From: an uncultured Mycoplasmatota bacterium
Lineage (GTDB): Bacteria > Bacillota_I > Bacilli_A > RF39 > UBA660
DNA: 64,000 nucleotides
NCBI GenBank assembly: GCA_900553395.1
Contig: USDJ01000004.1
Location: 23,038-87,037 of the forward strand
Direction of reading: 5' to 3'
Both the position numbers and the translations under genes were made by a program. Numbering within the stretch: position 1 is the stretch's first letter; every line of letters starts with the position of its first letter. Positions 35,502 through 45,552 of the stretch are shown here, piece after piece. Below the pieces are notes generated by a model that worked only from the letters and a program-made list of their open reading frames with translations, was not told the DNA's origin and searched no databases.

Positions 35502-38500
35502 TTATTTTTTTTCTACATCTATGTATGTAATATGACCATTTAAATCAACTTCTTCTGGTAAAGAAGACTTCTTTACTATATCTAAAGATAAAGTTTCATT
35601 TTTAATAAAATCTTCAAACATAGAAACAGCTGAATCTATAGAATCATCACCATCATAATATAAAGTTATTCTATCTGCTATATCAAAATCTCTTTGTTTT
35701 CTCAAATTTTGAACTTTTGATATAAGCTCACGTGCTATTCCCTCCATTACTAACTCTTCTGTTAGTTCAGTATTTAAGATAATAAAATTAGATGAATCTG
35801 TTCCAACATCGAATCCTTCTTTGGAATTAGTCCTAATATCTACCATTGAACTTGTGATTTCATATTCCTTGTCGCCAATAGTCATATTTACTGATTCACC
35901 ATTACTCAACTTAGATATTTCTCTTGTAGATAATTCTTCCAATTTATTTTGGAATTCTTTCATAAGTGGTCCGAATACTTTACCTACTTCTTTAAAATTA
36001 GGTTTTACAGTAAAATTCATATAGTTTTCTGTATCTGTAATAAATTTAACTGTTTTAACATTTAATTCCTCTTTAATTAAATCAGTCAAATCACTTATTA
36101 ATTCTTCATTTTTAGAATCTATTAGTGCTTCACTTAAAGGTTGTCTTACCTTAATCTTAACTTCTTCTCTTATATTTCTACCAAGACTTATCAAATCTCT
36201 TACTAGATCCATTCTAGCTTCAATTTTTTCATCTATCATATTTTCATCATAAGTAGGATAATCTTCCAAATGAACTGACTCTAAATGAGTTAATTTTGTA
36301 AATATTTCATCACTTACAAAAGGCGCTATTGGAGCTATTAATTTACATACTCCAACCAATATATCAAATGTAACTTTATATACAGCTAATTTTGAAGAAT
36401 CATCTTTGCTTGACCAGAATCTTCTTCTATTTCTTCTTATGTACCAGTTTGATAAATCTTCTATTACAAAGTTTTGTATAGATCTAACAGCTGTAGTTAA
36501 ATCATAATCATCCATGCACTCAGTAACTTTTTTTACTAATTTATTATATTTAGATATTAGCCATTTATCAATCTCTTCTATATTACTATAATCTATTTCA
36601 TAAGTATTAGGATCAATATTATCAATGTTAGCATACATACTAAAGAAAGTATATGTATTTTTTAACGTACTAAAGAATTTTGATTGAACCTCTTTTATAC
36701 CATCTTCGTCAAATCTAAGTGGTGTCCATACAGGTGATGTGTATAGCATATACCATCTAATAGCATCTGCACCATACTTATCTATAACAGTAAATGGTTC
36801 TACTGCATTACCCTTACTCTTATGCATTTTATGTCCATACTTATCAGTAATAAGGTCATTAACTAAAACATTTTTATAAGGACTCTTTCCAGTTATAAAA
36901 GTTGAAATTACTATTAAAGAATAAAACCATCCTCTAGTTTGATCTATTCCTTCACTTATAAAATCTGCTGGGAATTGAGAAGAAAATAATTCTTTATTTT
37001 CAAATGGATAATGATATTGTGCAAAAGGCATAGATCCTGAATCAAACCAACAATCCATAACTTCTTTTACTCTTGTCATAGACTTGCCACATTCACTACA
37101 TTTGATATGTACATCATCGACATAAGGTCTATGAAGTTCTATTGTTTTATCTATTTTTTCTATTGATTTTTCAACTAACTCTTCTCTTGAGCCAATCATC
37201 TCTTTATGTCCACAAGAACACTCCCAAAGTGGAATTGGGGTTCCCCAATATCTATTACGAGATATTGCCCAATCATTAAGATTTTCTAACCAATTACCAA
37301 ACCTTTTTTCACCTACATAATCAGGATGCCAAGAAACAGTTTTATTTGCTTTAATTACTTTATCTTTAAAATCTGTAACCTTGATGTAAAGACTAGGTTT
37401 AGAATAGTAAACAAGAGGTGTCTTGCATCTCCAACAATGTGGATAATTATGTACCATTTTTTGCTTTTTAAAAATCTTATCTTTACTAGCTAAATATTTT
37501 ATTATTTCTAATTCAAGTTCTGAATCTACAACAAGTCTTCCTTTCCAAGGGCCTGACGTATAACAACCATTTTCGTCCACAGGATTTAATATTGGAAGAT
37601 CATATCTTAATCCTACTTCATAGTCATCTTGACCAAAAGCAGGAGCTATATGAACTATTCCTGTGCCATCTTCCATAGTTACATAATCAGCACAAGTAAC
37701 ATAAAAAGCTTTTTTGTCTACTTTTAAGAAATCTAAGTACTGTTCATATTCTAAATATTCAAGATCACTACCTAAATATTCATCAACTACTTCGTATTCA
37801 TCTCCTAAAACTTTGTTTGCTAATTTTTCAGCTACTATGAAATTATATCCCTTTGATAAACACTTTACATACTTTTCATTAGGGTTTACACAGGCAGCTA
37901 CATTAGCCATTAACGTCCAAGGAGTTGTTGTCCATATTAGTAAATATGTATTATCTTCATTTTTAACTTTAAAAGGAACTGTAACCGTATTTACAGAAAT
38001 CTCTTTATATCCTTGCGCAACTTCATGACTAGCAAGACCTGTACCACATCTTGGACAGTATGGAAGAATCTTAAGACCATTATATATTAAACCTTCATCA
38101 AAAAACTTTTTTAATATCCACCATTCTGTCTCTATATAATTATTGTCATAAGTTATATATGGATTATCAAGATCGATAAATTGACCTATTTTCTTTGTAA
38201 AATCCTTAAATGCAGCTTCGTTTTTCCAAACACTTTCTCTACATTTTTCATTAAATTCTTTTATACCATATTTTTCAATATCGCCTTTTCCACTAAATCC
38301 AAGTTCCTTTTCAACTTGAACTTCAACAGGAAGTCCGTGTGTATCCCATCCAACTTTTCTAAGTACCTTAAAACCTTTCATTGTTTTATATTTACAATAA
38401 GTATCTTTTAATAATTTAGCTAATATATGGTGAACACCAGGCATTCCATTAGCTGTAGCCGGACCATCATAGAAAACAAAATTCTCACTATTTTTTCTAT

Positions 38501-38600
38501 TTTCTATGGTCTTATTAAGTAAATCCATTTCATCAAATTTTTTACTCAAGTCTTGTTCTACTTCACTTACTTTTCTTTTATCTAATTCCTCAAACTTCAT
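35502..38600 (-). CDS. ileS: Isoleucyl-tRNA synthetase (type 2, ~1030 aa)
   Basis: HIGH motif (PGVHHILAK) and KMSKS motif (KMHKSKGN). The Ile (AUC) T-box leader upstream supports the call. I moved the start to the ATG at 38600 behind GGAGGG. Confidence 0.93.
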   Translation of the reverse strand: MKFEELDKRKVSEVEQDLSKKFDEMDLLNKTIENRKNSENFVFYDGPATANGMPGVHHILAKLLKDTYCKYKTMKGFKVLRKVGWDTHGLPVEVQVEKELGFSGKGDIEKYGIKEFNEKCRESVWKNEAAFKDFTKKIGQFIDLDNPYITYDNNYIETEWWILKKFFDEGLIYNGLKILPYCPRCGTGLASHEVAQGYKEISVNTVTVPFKVKNEDNTYLLIWTTTPWTLMANVAACVNPNEKYVKCLSKGYNFIVAEKLANKVLGDEYEVVDEYLGSDLEYLEYEQYLDFLKVDKKAFYVTCADYVTMEDGTGIVHIAPAFGQDDYEVGLRYDLPILNPVDENGCYTSGPWKGRLVVDSELELEIIKYLASKDKIFKKQKMVHNYPHCWRCKTPLVYYSKPSLYIKVTDFKDKVIKANKTVSWHPDYVGEKRFGNWLENLNDWAISRNRYWGTPIPLWECSCGHKEMIGSREELVEKSIEKIDKTIELHRPYVDDVHIKCSECGKSMTRVKEVMDCWFDSGSMPFAQYHYPFENKELFSSQFPADFISEGIDQTRGWFYSLIVISTFITGKSPYKNVLVNDLITDKYGHKMHKSKGNAVEPFTVIDKYGADAIRWYMLYTSPVWTPLRFDEDGIKEVQSKFFSTLKNTYTFFSMYANIDNIDPNTYEIDYSNIEEIDKWLISKYNKLVKKVTECMDDYDLTTAVRSIQNFVIEDLSNWYIRRNRRRFWSSKDDSSKLAVYKVTFDILVGVCKLIAPIAPFVSDEIFTKLTHLESVHLEDYPTYDENMIDEKIEARMDLVRDLISLGRNIREEVKIKVRQPLSEALIDSKNEELISDLTDLIKEELNVKTVKFITDTENYMNFTVKPNFKEVGKVFGPLMKEFQNKLEELSTREISKLSNGESVNMTIGDKEYEITSSMVDIRTNSKEGFDVGTDSSNFIILNTELTEELVMEGIARELISKVQNLRKQRDFDIADRITLYYDGDDSIDSAVSMFEDFIKNETLSLDIVKKSSLPEEVDLNGHITYIDVEKK

Positions 38601-38624
38601 ATTAACCCTCCTATTAATAAACAA

Positions 38625-38800
38625 AAAAAACTATTATAAGTAGGGACGTAGTTCACGCGGTACCACCCTATTTCATAATAGTATTATGCACTCTAATGTA
38701 TAACGACATTAACCGTTTTAATCTTATCCATTAAAAGTATCAAGAGTGATTTATATAATAATTCATTATCTATTTCCACCAAACATAGACTCTCTTTAAA
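38625..38800 (-). promoter_or_regulatory. T-box riboswitch leader (Ile specifier AUC)
   Basis: Minus strand has AGAGAG Stem I elements, a specifier loop ...AAAUCAC (AUC at 38748-38750), the T-box AGGGTGGTACCGCG (38656-38669) and a terminator followed by T8. A TATAAT lies at 38807-38812. Confidence 0.85.
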
Positions 38801-38830
38801 TTACTTATTATATCGTCTCTATCTTTTACT

Positions 38831-39316
38831 TTAAAATTCTACTTTTTCTATTTCATCAACCATCTCTAGTTGAGATTCTAATATTCCTTTTAATTTTCGC
38901 TTGAATATAATTATATTTCTTTTTAAAGCCTCTGCTTCCATTTCAGTTTTTTCTGCTTTTAACAATGATTCATTTACTATTCTACTAGCGTTTCTTTTAG
39001 CATCTTCAAGAAGAATTTCGCTCTCCCTATGAGCTGAAGACTTTATTTGATCTGAAGTTTTTTGAGCCATCATGATTGCTCTATTTAAAGTTCCTTCCAA
39101 TCTCTCATAATGCGCTAATCTATCTTGAATAGGTTTCATATTAGAAACCATACTAGTTAACTCTTGTATTTTTTTATCCTTTAGAGCTAGTTCCCTATTT
39201 TTAGCCTTATTATCCTCTATCATTCTTTCTACTTGACTGATAATTTGTTCTAAAATGTGGTCAACTTCTTCAGGAGTATAGTTTTTAAATGTTTTACCAT
39301 TGTTATCCATAAGCAT
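38831..39316 (-). CDS. divIVA: DivIVA-family cell division protein
   Basis: N-terminus KTFKNYTPEEVDHILEQI (cf. FxxxxRGYxxxEVDxFL) followed by a coiled coil. It lies downstream of sepF. Confidence 0.8.
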   Translation of the reverse strand: MLMDNNGKTFKNYTPEEVDHILEQIISQVERMIEDNKAKNRELALKDKKIQELTSMVSNMKPIQDRLAHYERLEGTLNRAIMMAQKTSDQIKSSAHRESEILLEDAKRNASRIVNESLLKAEKTEMEAEALKRNIIIFKRKLKGILESQLEMVDEIEKVEF

Positions 39317-39370
39317 CCCTCAAATGTTGTGCTACATATAATAGCACATCTTTATTATTATTTCAAGCTT

Positions 39371-39772
39371 TTACCATTCGTAATTTATATTTTCTTCTTC
39401 TTTGTCTTTATCTTTTTCAGTATCATCAGTTATTTTTCCTTGTACATTTATGTTATTTGGTGTACATAAGAAAATGCCACTACCTATTTTTTGAATGTTA
39501 CCCTTAATAGCATATATTGTACCACTTAAAAAATCCATAATTCTCTTGGCTTGATCACTAGTAACTCTTTTTAAATTTACAACTACTGTATTTCTTTTTT
39601 TTAGATGGTCTGCTATCTGTTGAGCCTCTGAATAAGCACGTGGTTCTAACAAAATCATTTTAGCTCCGCCCTCTTCAGTAACAGCTTCTTCAGCTTTTAA
39701 ATCATAATATTCATTACCATTTCCTACTTGGGCATCTTCTTTATCTGAAAATAATCCTTTTATAAAACCCAT
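39371..39772 (-). CDS. sepF: Cell division protein SepF
   Basis: [31 protein letters not shown]...[17 protein letters not shown] matches the SepF core. Confidence 0.85.
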   Translation of the reverse strand: MGFIKGLFSDKEDAQVGNGNEYYDLKAEEAVTEEGGAKMILLEPRAYSEAQQIADHLKKRNTVVVNLKRVTSDQAKRIMDFLSGTIYAIKGNIQKIGSGIFLCTPNNINVQGKITDDTEKDKDKEEENINYEW

Positions 39773-39869
39773 GTATATTCCTCCAATTCTAATGTTACTA
39801 TAAACATTTTAGCACATTATTTATAAAAAGGAAATATATTTTATATATTTTTTTTGACAATAAAAGCTA

Positions 39870-40193
39870 CTATTGGGCTTGTTCAACACCTTCTAAATAT
39901 ATTTTTTTATCAAAACCTCCTCGTTCTGATTTTTTCTCACGTGCCTTTTTAATAACGGTATCTAGACTTTCTCCTTCAAGTTTAGCTAAATAAGAAATAA
40001 CTTCTAACATATCAGCTAATTCTTCTATCCTATTAGAACAGTTAGAATCTATTACTTCTTGATATTCTTCATAAAGCTTTTTTTCTAATTCTTCTTTATA
40101 CTCTACTTCAGATAGTATACGAATGATTGGGACCTCCCCTTTACTTTTAATTATTTCTGGTATTTTATCTCTAACTAATTTTTTATAACTCAT
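39870..40193 (-). CDS. MazG-like nucleoside triphosphate pyrophosphohydrolase (small, 107 aa)
   Basis: KLVRDKIPEII...EELADMLEVI...ERGGFDKKIYL. Its ATG overlaps the dnaE stop (ATGA). Confidence 0.7.
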   Translation of the reverse strand: MSYKKLVRDKIPEIIKSKGEVPIIRILSEVEYKEELEKKLYEEYQEVIDSNCSNRIEELADMLEVISYLAKLEGESLDTVIKKAREKKSERGGFDKKIYLEGVEQAQ

Positions 40194-43120
40194 AAGCTTA
40201 ACCTCTCTACTTCATTTGATACAAGTTGATATTTATCATATCTCTTTTCTACTTTTCCTTTTACTTTTATAATATCTCCTACTTTTAAATCACTATATTT
40301 TTTATAAACATTTGGAAATAAAATTATATCTATCATAGATAGCTCGTCACTACCTAATATAAAGCACATTTTGTCACCCTTAGACGTATTTATTTCTTTT
40401 ATCTTATCAATATAAACAATCACATTAATAATTTTATCAAAGTATAATTCTAATTCATTTAAATCGATTATACTCTTATTGACAGCTTTTAATTCTGTTA
40501 TAGGATTATCCGTAAGATAAAATCCAAAAATATCTAATTCTTTCTCCATTAGTTCTGACAACGAATATTCTGGATAAAGAATGATCTCTGGAGCAAGTGC
40601 ATAAGTTCTATCCAAATCTTTTATTAACTCTCCATAATTTATTATTAAGTCTAGATTATTAACTAATGTTTTTTTATTATATCCAAATTCACTTAATGCA
40701 CCAGAATATATTAATGATTCTAAAGATTTCTTTGTAACTACTTTTCCATAACACCTTTTAAGGAAGTCATAGATATCTATATATTTTCCATTATTTCTTT
40801 CAGTAATTATAAATTCACTAATTGAAATTCCTATATTTTTTATACTCGAAAGTGGATATCTAATGCCACCATCTTCTATAGAATATTTTCTAAAGCTAAG
40901 GTTTATACTAGGCGGTAAAATGTTTATATTATTTTTTTTAGCACAATAGATATACTGCTTAGTCTTAGCAATATCATTTACTTCCATAGAAAGCAAATAG
41001 GTAATAAATTGCTTAGGATAATATGCCTTTAGATAAGCCATTTTATATGATACTAAAGAGTAACTTATAGAATGTGATTTATTAAATCCATATTCAGCAA
41101 ATTTAAGCATAGAATTATACACACTATCTATAGTTTCAATACTATATCCATTTTGGCTTGCTCTAAGTGTAAACTTCTCTTTTTCACTAAGTAAAATCTC
41201 TTTATTCTTTTTGCTCATAGCTTTTCTCAATATATCTGCTTCACCTAAGGAATAATTAGCCATAACATGAGCCACCTGCATAATTTGTTCTTGATATATC
41301 ATAATTCCATAAGTTGATTTTAAAATAGGTTCTAAGCTTTGAGATAAATAGTTAATCTTCTCTTTTCCATTTTTTCTTGCAATATAAGACGGAATATTCT
41401 TCATAGGTCCAGGCCTAAATAATGCTATAGCTGCAAACAAATCATCCATACTAGTAACTTTTAATTTTTTCAAAAAATTAATCATCCCATCTGACTCAAA
41501 TTGAAATATACCTATAGTATCTGCTTTATTAAATATTGATAAAGCTTTTGTATCATTTAATGGTATATTATCAAAACTTAAATCTTTGTTACCTGAAGCA
41601 TTTATACTTTCTATTATGTTATGTATTGTTGTTAAATACTTAATAGCTAAAAAATCCATTTTTAATAATCCTATCTCTTCTAAATAGGTCATATCATACC
41701 CGCTTATATAGAAAGAATGTGTACTATCAAGAGGTATTATCTCATCTAAGTCTATGTTAGACATAACTACTCCAGCGGCATGTATCGAAGTGTGTCTTTT
41801 TAGTCCCTCAAATTTAAGGGCCACTTTAAAACATTTTTCTAACGTGTCAAACCTATCTATTAGATTTTTTATTTTGGGATTTGCTTTATAATTTTCAATT
41901 AATGTAAGTTTTGAATCTATTAAGTTACACAAAGTATCTATTAATTTTGCATCTATATTTAAAGCTTTAGATACATCCCTTAGAGCTTGTTTAGCTCCCA
42001 AGGTACCAAACGTAATAATAGGCGCTACTCTTTTTTTCCCATATTTACCTATACAATAGTTAATTATGTCTTGCCTTTTTTCGTGCTCAAAATCTATATC
42101 TATATCTGGCATACTTATTCTCTCAGGATTTAGAAATCTCTCAAATATTAAATTATATTTTACAGGATCTACATCTGTAATCATAAGGCAATATGATACC
42201 AGTGATCCTACAGCGCTTCCACGGCAAGTAGCTATAATCTTATTTTCTCTAGCATATCTAACATAATCAGACACAATCAAAAAGTAATCGCAAAAGCCCA
42301 TTTTATTTATAATATCAAGTTCATATTTTAATCTTGTTTTATATATTTCTTTTACTGTAGTGCCAAAACGTACTTTTAAGCCTTCTATGCACTTCTTCTT
42401 TAAATATGAATAACTATCAATACCATCATCATTTTCATATTTTGGCATTAATTTTAAATGAAAGGGAAGTAGAACATTACATAGTTGAGATATAAAGTAG
42501 TTGTTTTTCAAATCCCTAGGATATAATAAATTTGCTTCTTCTTCTCCTATAAGATGATTATGAATATCATCACCATTCTCATTATCTAAAACACTGGAAT
42601 TTTTTATACATCTTAAGTATTTTAAATACATAGAATCATTTGGGTTTAAATATAATATCTCATTCATATAAACCAAATTTTCATAACTTAGTTCACTATA
42701 CTGCTTGGTGTCTTTATATGATACATATATATATTTAAAAAAACTTTTTATTTCATCATAAACGCTTAAACTTTCAAACGGAGTTATGCACACTAAATCA
42801 TCTGAATGTTCTTTTATGTCTTCTAAGTTTAAAGATCTTTCTGATTTAAGTGTGCATAACTTTATCAAATTCTTATATCCATCATAATTTATAGCGTATA
42901 AAACTAGCTTTTGAGATTTATATTCAATTTCTAAACCTATTATTGGCTTTATAGAATTAGTTATGCACATTTTATAAAAATCCATAACCCCATACATATT
43001 ATTATCAGTTATTGTTAGGGATTTTATGTTGTTTTTCTTAGCAAATTCAATTAAATCCTTTATTTTTATTAAGGATTCTTGTAAACTATTATCAGTTTTT
43101 ATATAAAGTGGTGTATACAT
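40190..43120 (-). CDS. dnaE: DNA polymerase III alpha subunit DnaE
   Basis: MPDIDIDF, GRGSAVGSLV-like CRGSAVGSLVSY, HAAGVV and FNKSHS, plus a C-terminal OB fold. The N-terminal PHP region lacks H-x-H (PLYIKTDNS). Confidence 0.9.
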   Translation of the reverse strand: MYTPLYIKTDNSLQESLIKIKDLIEFAKKNNIKSLTITDNNMYGVMDFYKMCITNSIKPIIGLEIEYKSQKLVLYAINYDGYKNLIKLCTLKSERSLNLEDIKEHSDDLVCITPFESLSVYDEIKSFFKYIYVSYKDTKQYSELSYENLVYMNEILYLNPNDSMYLKYLRCIKNSSVLDNENGDDIHNHLIGEEEANLLYPRDLKNNYFISQLCNVLLPFHLKLMPKYENDDGIDSYSYLKKKCIEGLKVRFGTTVKEIYKTRLKYELDIINKMGFCDYFLIVSDYVRYARENKIIATCRGSAVGSLVSYCLMITDVDPVKYNLIFERFLNPERISMPDIDIDFEHEKRQDIINYCIGKYGKKRVAPIITFGTLGAKQALRDVSKALNIDAKLIDTLCNLIDSKLTLIENYKANPKIKNLIDRFDTLEKCFKVALKFEGLKRHTSIHAAGVVMSNIDLDEIIPLDSTHSFYISGYDMTYLEEIGLLKMDFLAIKYLTTIHNIIESINASGNKDLSFDNIPLNDTKALSIFNKADTIGIFQFESDGMINFLKKLKVTSMDDLFAAIALFRPGPMKNIPSYIARKNGKEKINYLSQSLEPILKSTYGIMIYQEQIMQVAHVMANYSLGEADILRKAMSKKNKEILLSEKEKFTLRASQNGYSIETIDSVYNSMLKFAEYGFNKSHSISYSLVSYKMAYLKAYYPKQFITYLLSMEVNDIAKTKQYIYCAKKNNINILPPSINLSFRKYSIEDGGIRYPLSSIKNIGISISEFIITERNNGKYIDIYDFLKRCYGKVVTKKSLESLIYSGALSEFGYNKKTLVNNLDLIINYGELIKDLDRTYALAPEIILYPEYSLSELMEKELDIFGFYLTDNPITELKAVNKSIIDLNELELYFDKIINVIVYIDKIKEINTSKGDKMCFILGSDELSMIDIILFPNVYKKYSDLKVGDIIKVKGKVEKRYDKYQLVSNEVERLSL

Positions 43121-43261
43121 ATTATCCCTCCTACATATATTTTACTATAATTCTTCTTTAATTTAAAGAAGAATTAGACAAATACTAAAAAGCGTTATTA
43201 AAGAAAATTTTATTAAAATATAGTCTGAACTCTATATTAAGCTTTAAATTTCAAATATTTA

Positions 43262-43290
43262 TTGACATTGACAAAAAAATATGATAAACT
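43262..43290 (+). promoter_or_regulatory. Sigma-A type promoter of rpmB
   Basis: TTGACA (43262-43267), 17 nt spacer, TG-extended TAAACT (43285-43290). Confidence 0.5.
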
Positions 43291-43330
43291 TTATTGGCAT
43301 AGGGAAAAAATCTTTGAATGGAGGAATATT

Positions 43331-43501
43331 ATGGCAGTTAAAGCAGCAAATAGTAAACCATTATTTGGTAATAAAAGATCACATTCTTGTAGAGCTACTA
43401 GACACGCACAAAAATGTAATTTACAATTAGTAACTTTAAGCGACGGAACTAAAGCAAGAATGCGTGCAAGAGATATAAGAACATTAAATAAAGCAGCTTA
43501 A
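43331..43501 (+). CDS. rpmB: 50S ribosomal protein L28
   Basis: The ATG at 43331 follows GGAGGA. MAVKAANSKPLFGNKRSHSCRATRHAQKCNLQ... fits the L28 pattern. The track's upstream extension lacks an SD. Confidence 0.8.
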   Translation: MAVKAANSKPLFGNKRSHSCRATRHAQKCNLQLVTLSDGTKARMRARDIRTLNKAA

Positions 43502-43519
43502 ATTAAGCTGCTTTTTTTC
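43491..43519. terminator. Terminator hairpin formed by the converging 3' ends of rpmB and the 163-aa ORF
   Basis: Stem AAGCAGCTT/AAGCTGCTT with loop AAATT, then T7. Because of the palindrome, both proteins end in -KAA. Confidence 0.55.
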
Positions 43520-43994
43520 TAACCACTTCGTCATCAGGAAATTCAAAATCATCATATGGATCTTCACAAGGCTTTTCCTTATTAGCATAAACATCTCTGA
43601 TACTATTTAAAACTTGTTTTCTTAAATTAAGTAAATCAAGCGTAGTCATAGAGCTTTCTTCTTCATTAGAAAGGCCTAAACTGTTATCCATTTGATTAGC
43701 CAAAAACATAGTGGTAAGAGATAATATATCAACTTCTTTACCATTTCTATAATCAGATGACATTTTGTCTATTTTAGCTAAAATATCATTTATAATACTT
43801 AAAAAATTACTTAATATTGGATTTTGATTTAATGACAATTCTTCTTCTAATTCTGCTTTCTTAATTTCATAAAATTTCTTTATTCCATCTTTACCATCTA
43901 AATAATAAATATTTAGTAAGCCTTTTTGAGCAAGTTCAGTCCAATACTTCTCTTTTTTAAATAATTCTTTATAAAAATTGCTACTAAGTGCCAT
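43503..43994 (-). CDS. Hypothetical 163-aa protein
   Basis: The ORF lies downstream of the J-like gene on the same strand. I recognise no family. Confidence 0.5.
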   Translation of the reverse strand: MALSSNFYKELFKKEKYWTELAQKGLLNIYYLDGKDGIKKFYEIKKAELEEELSLNQNPILSNFLSIINDILAKIDKMSSDYRNGKEVDILSLTTMFLANQMDNSLGLSNEEESSMTTLDLLNLRKQVLNSIRDVYANKEKPCEDPYDDFEFPDDEVVRKKAA

Positions 43995-44088
43995 AAAGCC
44001 CTCCTATACTATAAATATATTTTACCATAAAATTAAAATTATATATATAAAATTTTAATTTTTTTAACTAAAAAGATAGAAATAAATT

Positions 44089-45465
44089 CTATCTTGTTTT
44101 AACATTTTCAGTTTCCTCTTCTTCAGGAGAATAATTACCTCTAACGACATCTACAGCACCTTTAAGGTAATCTACACCCTTAAACCAAGTACCTTTTATA
44201 GCGTTAACTGGTTTTCTAACTAGTTTAAATCCTTTAGCACGTTTATTTTGCTTTTTCTCCAAAGCAGATTTTCTGATTTCTAATTTTTTTATAGATACTG
44301 CTCTTTTATTATCTTTTGGGTCAATACTATCTAGTTTGCCTTGTACTTTTACTATTTCGTCATTTATCCTCTTTAAACCATTTTCCTCTTTATCATAACT
44401 ACTTATTTTTTGCTCAATATCTTTTAAATTTCTATTAGCTCTTTTAAGTTGCATATCAAGAGCAGCTAATTCTAATTTATATTTTGTTAGTTGACCTTTT
44501 TTTACTTTTTGTGTTCTTTTTAATTCAATACGAGCATTTAACAATTCAATTTCATTAGCATATCTAATTTTACTTGCCTCTAGTTTATAATTATTATGAG
44601 GTTCACTTAAAAGCTTATCAATTTGTTCTTCTAATCTTTTGTTACTTTCTTCTATTAATTTAGTTTCTTTTGTTTTTATTTTAGAAATTTTTTTAACTTT
44701 TTTGTCTTTCTTTAATGAATATTTTCTGATTTTCTTAGCGATTTTTGAAGTTATAAATCCTCCAAATACAGCACCTGCTGCAACCGCAACAACGGTTCCA
44801 CCTACAGCAAGCATAAAGAAACCAGTAGCTACAGCAGCGCCTGTAACAGCAGCTGTTTTAACAACTCTATATTTCTTATCAGACATTCTTTCTTTTTGTA
44901 TTTTGTCAAATTCATCTTCAGGTTTGCCTTTGTCTTCTGGCTTTTCTGGATTCTTATCTTTTGAATCCTTTTCTGGATCCTTCGCTGGATCAGCTGGTTT
45001 AGTTGGATCTGCCTTTCCTGGATCCTTTGCTGGATCAGCTGGTTTAGTTGGATCTACCTTTTCTGGATCCTTCACTGGATCAGCTGGTGTAGTTGACTCT
45101 ACCTTTTCTGGATCATCCACTGGATCAACTGGTTTAGTTGGATCTACCTTTTCTGGATCCTTCGCTGGTTCTACAGGTCTCGTTGGCGCAGTTTGCGGAT
45201 ACGCAGATAATACTGAATTATATTCTACAGCACTTGTAGCATTTCCAAGTGCTATATCTCTTTCATTTAGGCGCTTTTTTAACTCATTATCATATTCAGT
45301 TCTCCTACTAACATCGTGTAATACTCTATAAGCTTCATTTAATTCATCAAGCCTATTAACAGGTGACATATATGTTGGAAGTTGTCTCATATAGGCTCTT
45401 TCTATACTTGATTGAGAAGCATCATATGTAACTCCTAATACTTTATAATAATCTTTAAAATCCAT
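44089..45465 (-). CDS. J-domain-like membrane protein lacking HPD, with proline-rich 15-aa repeats and a C-terminal coiled coil
   Basis: The ATG at 45465 follows GAGGGA. DYYKVLGVTYDASQSSIERAYMRQLPTYMSPVNRLDELNEAYRVLHDVSRRTEYD is a J-domain with HPD replaced by MSP. Then come the KDPEKVDPTKPADPA repeats, one or two TM segments (VTGAAVATGFFMLAVGGTVVAVAAGAVFGGFI) and a K-rich coiled coil. Confidence 0.7.
   Translation of the reverse strand: MDFKDYYKVLGVTYDASQSSIERAYMRQLPTYMSPVNRLDELNEAYRVLHDVSRRTEYDNELKKRLNERDIALGNATSAVEYNSVLSAYPQTAPTRPVEPAKDPEKVDPTKPVDPVDDPEKVESTTPADPVKDPEKVDPTKPADPAKDPGKADPTKPADPAKDPEKDSKDKNPEKPEDKGKPEDEFDKIQKERMSDKKYRVVKTAAVTGAAVATGFFMLAVGGTVVAVAAGAVFGGFITSKIAKKIRKYSLKKDKKVKKISKIKTKETKLIEESNKRLEEQIDKLLSEPHNNYKLEASKIRYANEIELLNARIELKRTQKVKKGQLTKYKLELAALDMQLKRANRNLKDIEQKISSYDKEENGLKRINDEIVKVQGKLDSIDPKDNKRAVSIKKLEIRKSALEKKQNKRAKGFKLVRKPVNAIKGTWFKGVDYLKGAVDVVRGNYSPEEEETENVKTR
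44971..45186 (-). repeat. 45-bp coding tandem repeat, ~4.8 copies
   Basis: Units begin at 44971, 45016, 45061, 45106 and 45151 (TTCTGGATCCTTCGCTGGATCAGCTGGTTTAGTTGGATCTACCTT and variants). They are in frame within the J-like gene. Confidence 0.9.
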
Positions 45466-45552
45466 AACATCCCTCACTTGTTACACATATTATAACACAT
45501 TTTTTATAAATAGCAAATTGTTGTTAAATTAAAAATGTAAATAAAATGACTA

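Noticed and set aside
44971-45186. A regularly spaced 45-bp repeat array could be a CRISPR.
   Set aside because: The units are contiguous with no spacers, are in frame inside a CDS and are not palindromic. No cas genes are in the window.
44639-45331. A 230-aa plus-strand ORF with GSFAGSAGLVGS-type repeats.
   Set aside because: It is the antisense reading of the Pro/Asp/Lys repeat region of the J-like gene. The minus-strand frame has an SD, a J-domain, TM segments and a coiled coil. The plus-strand frame is low-complexity with no start signal.
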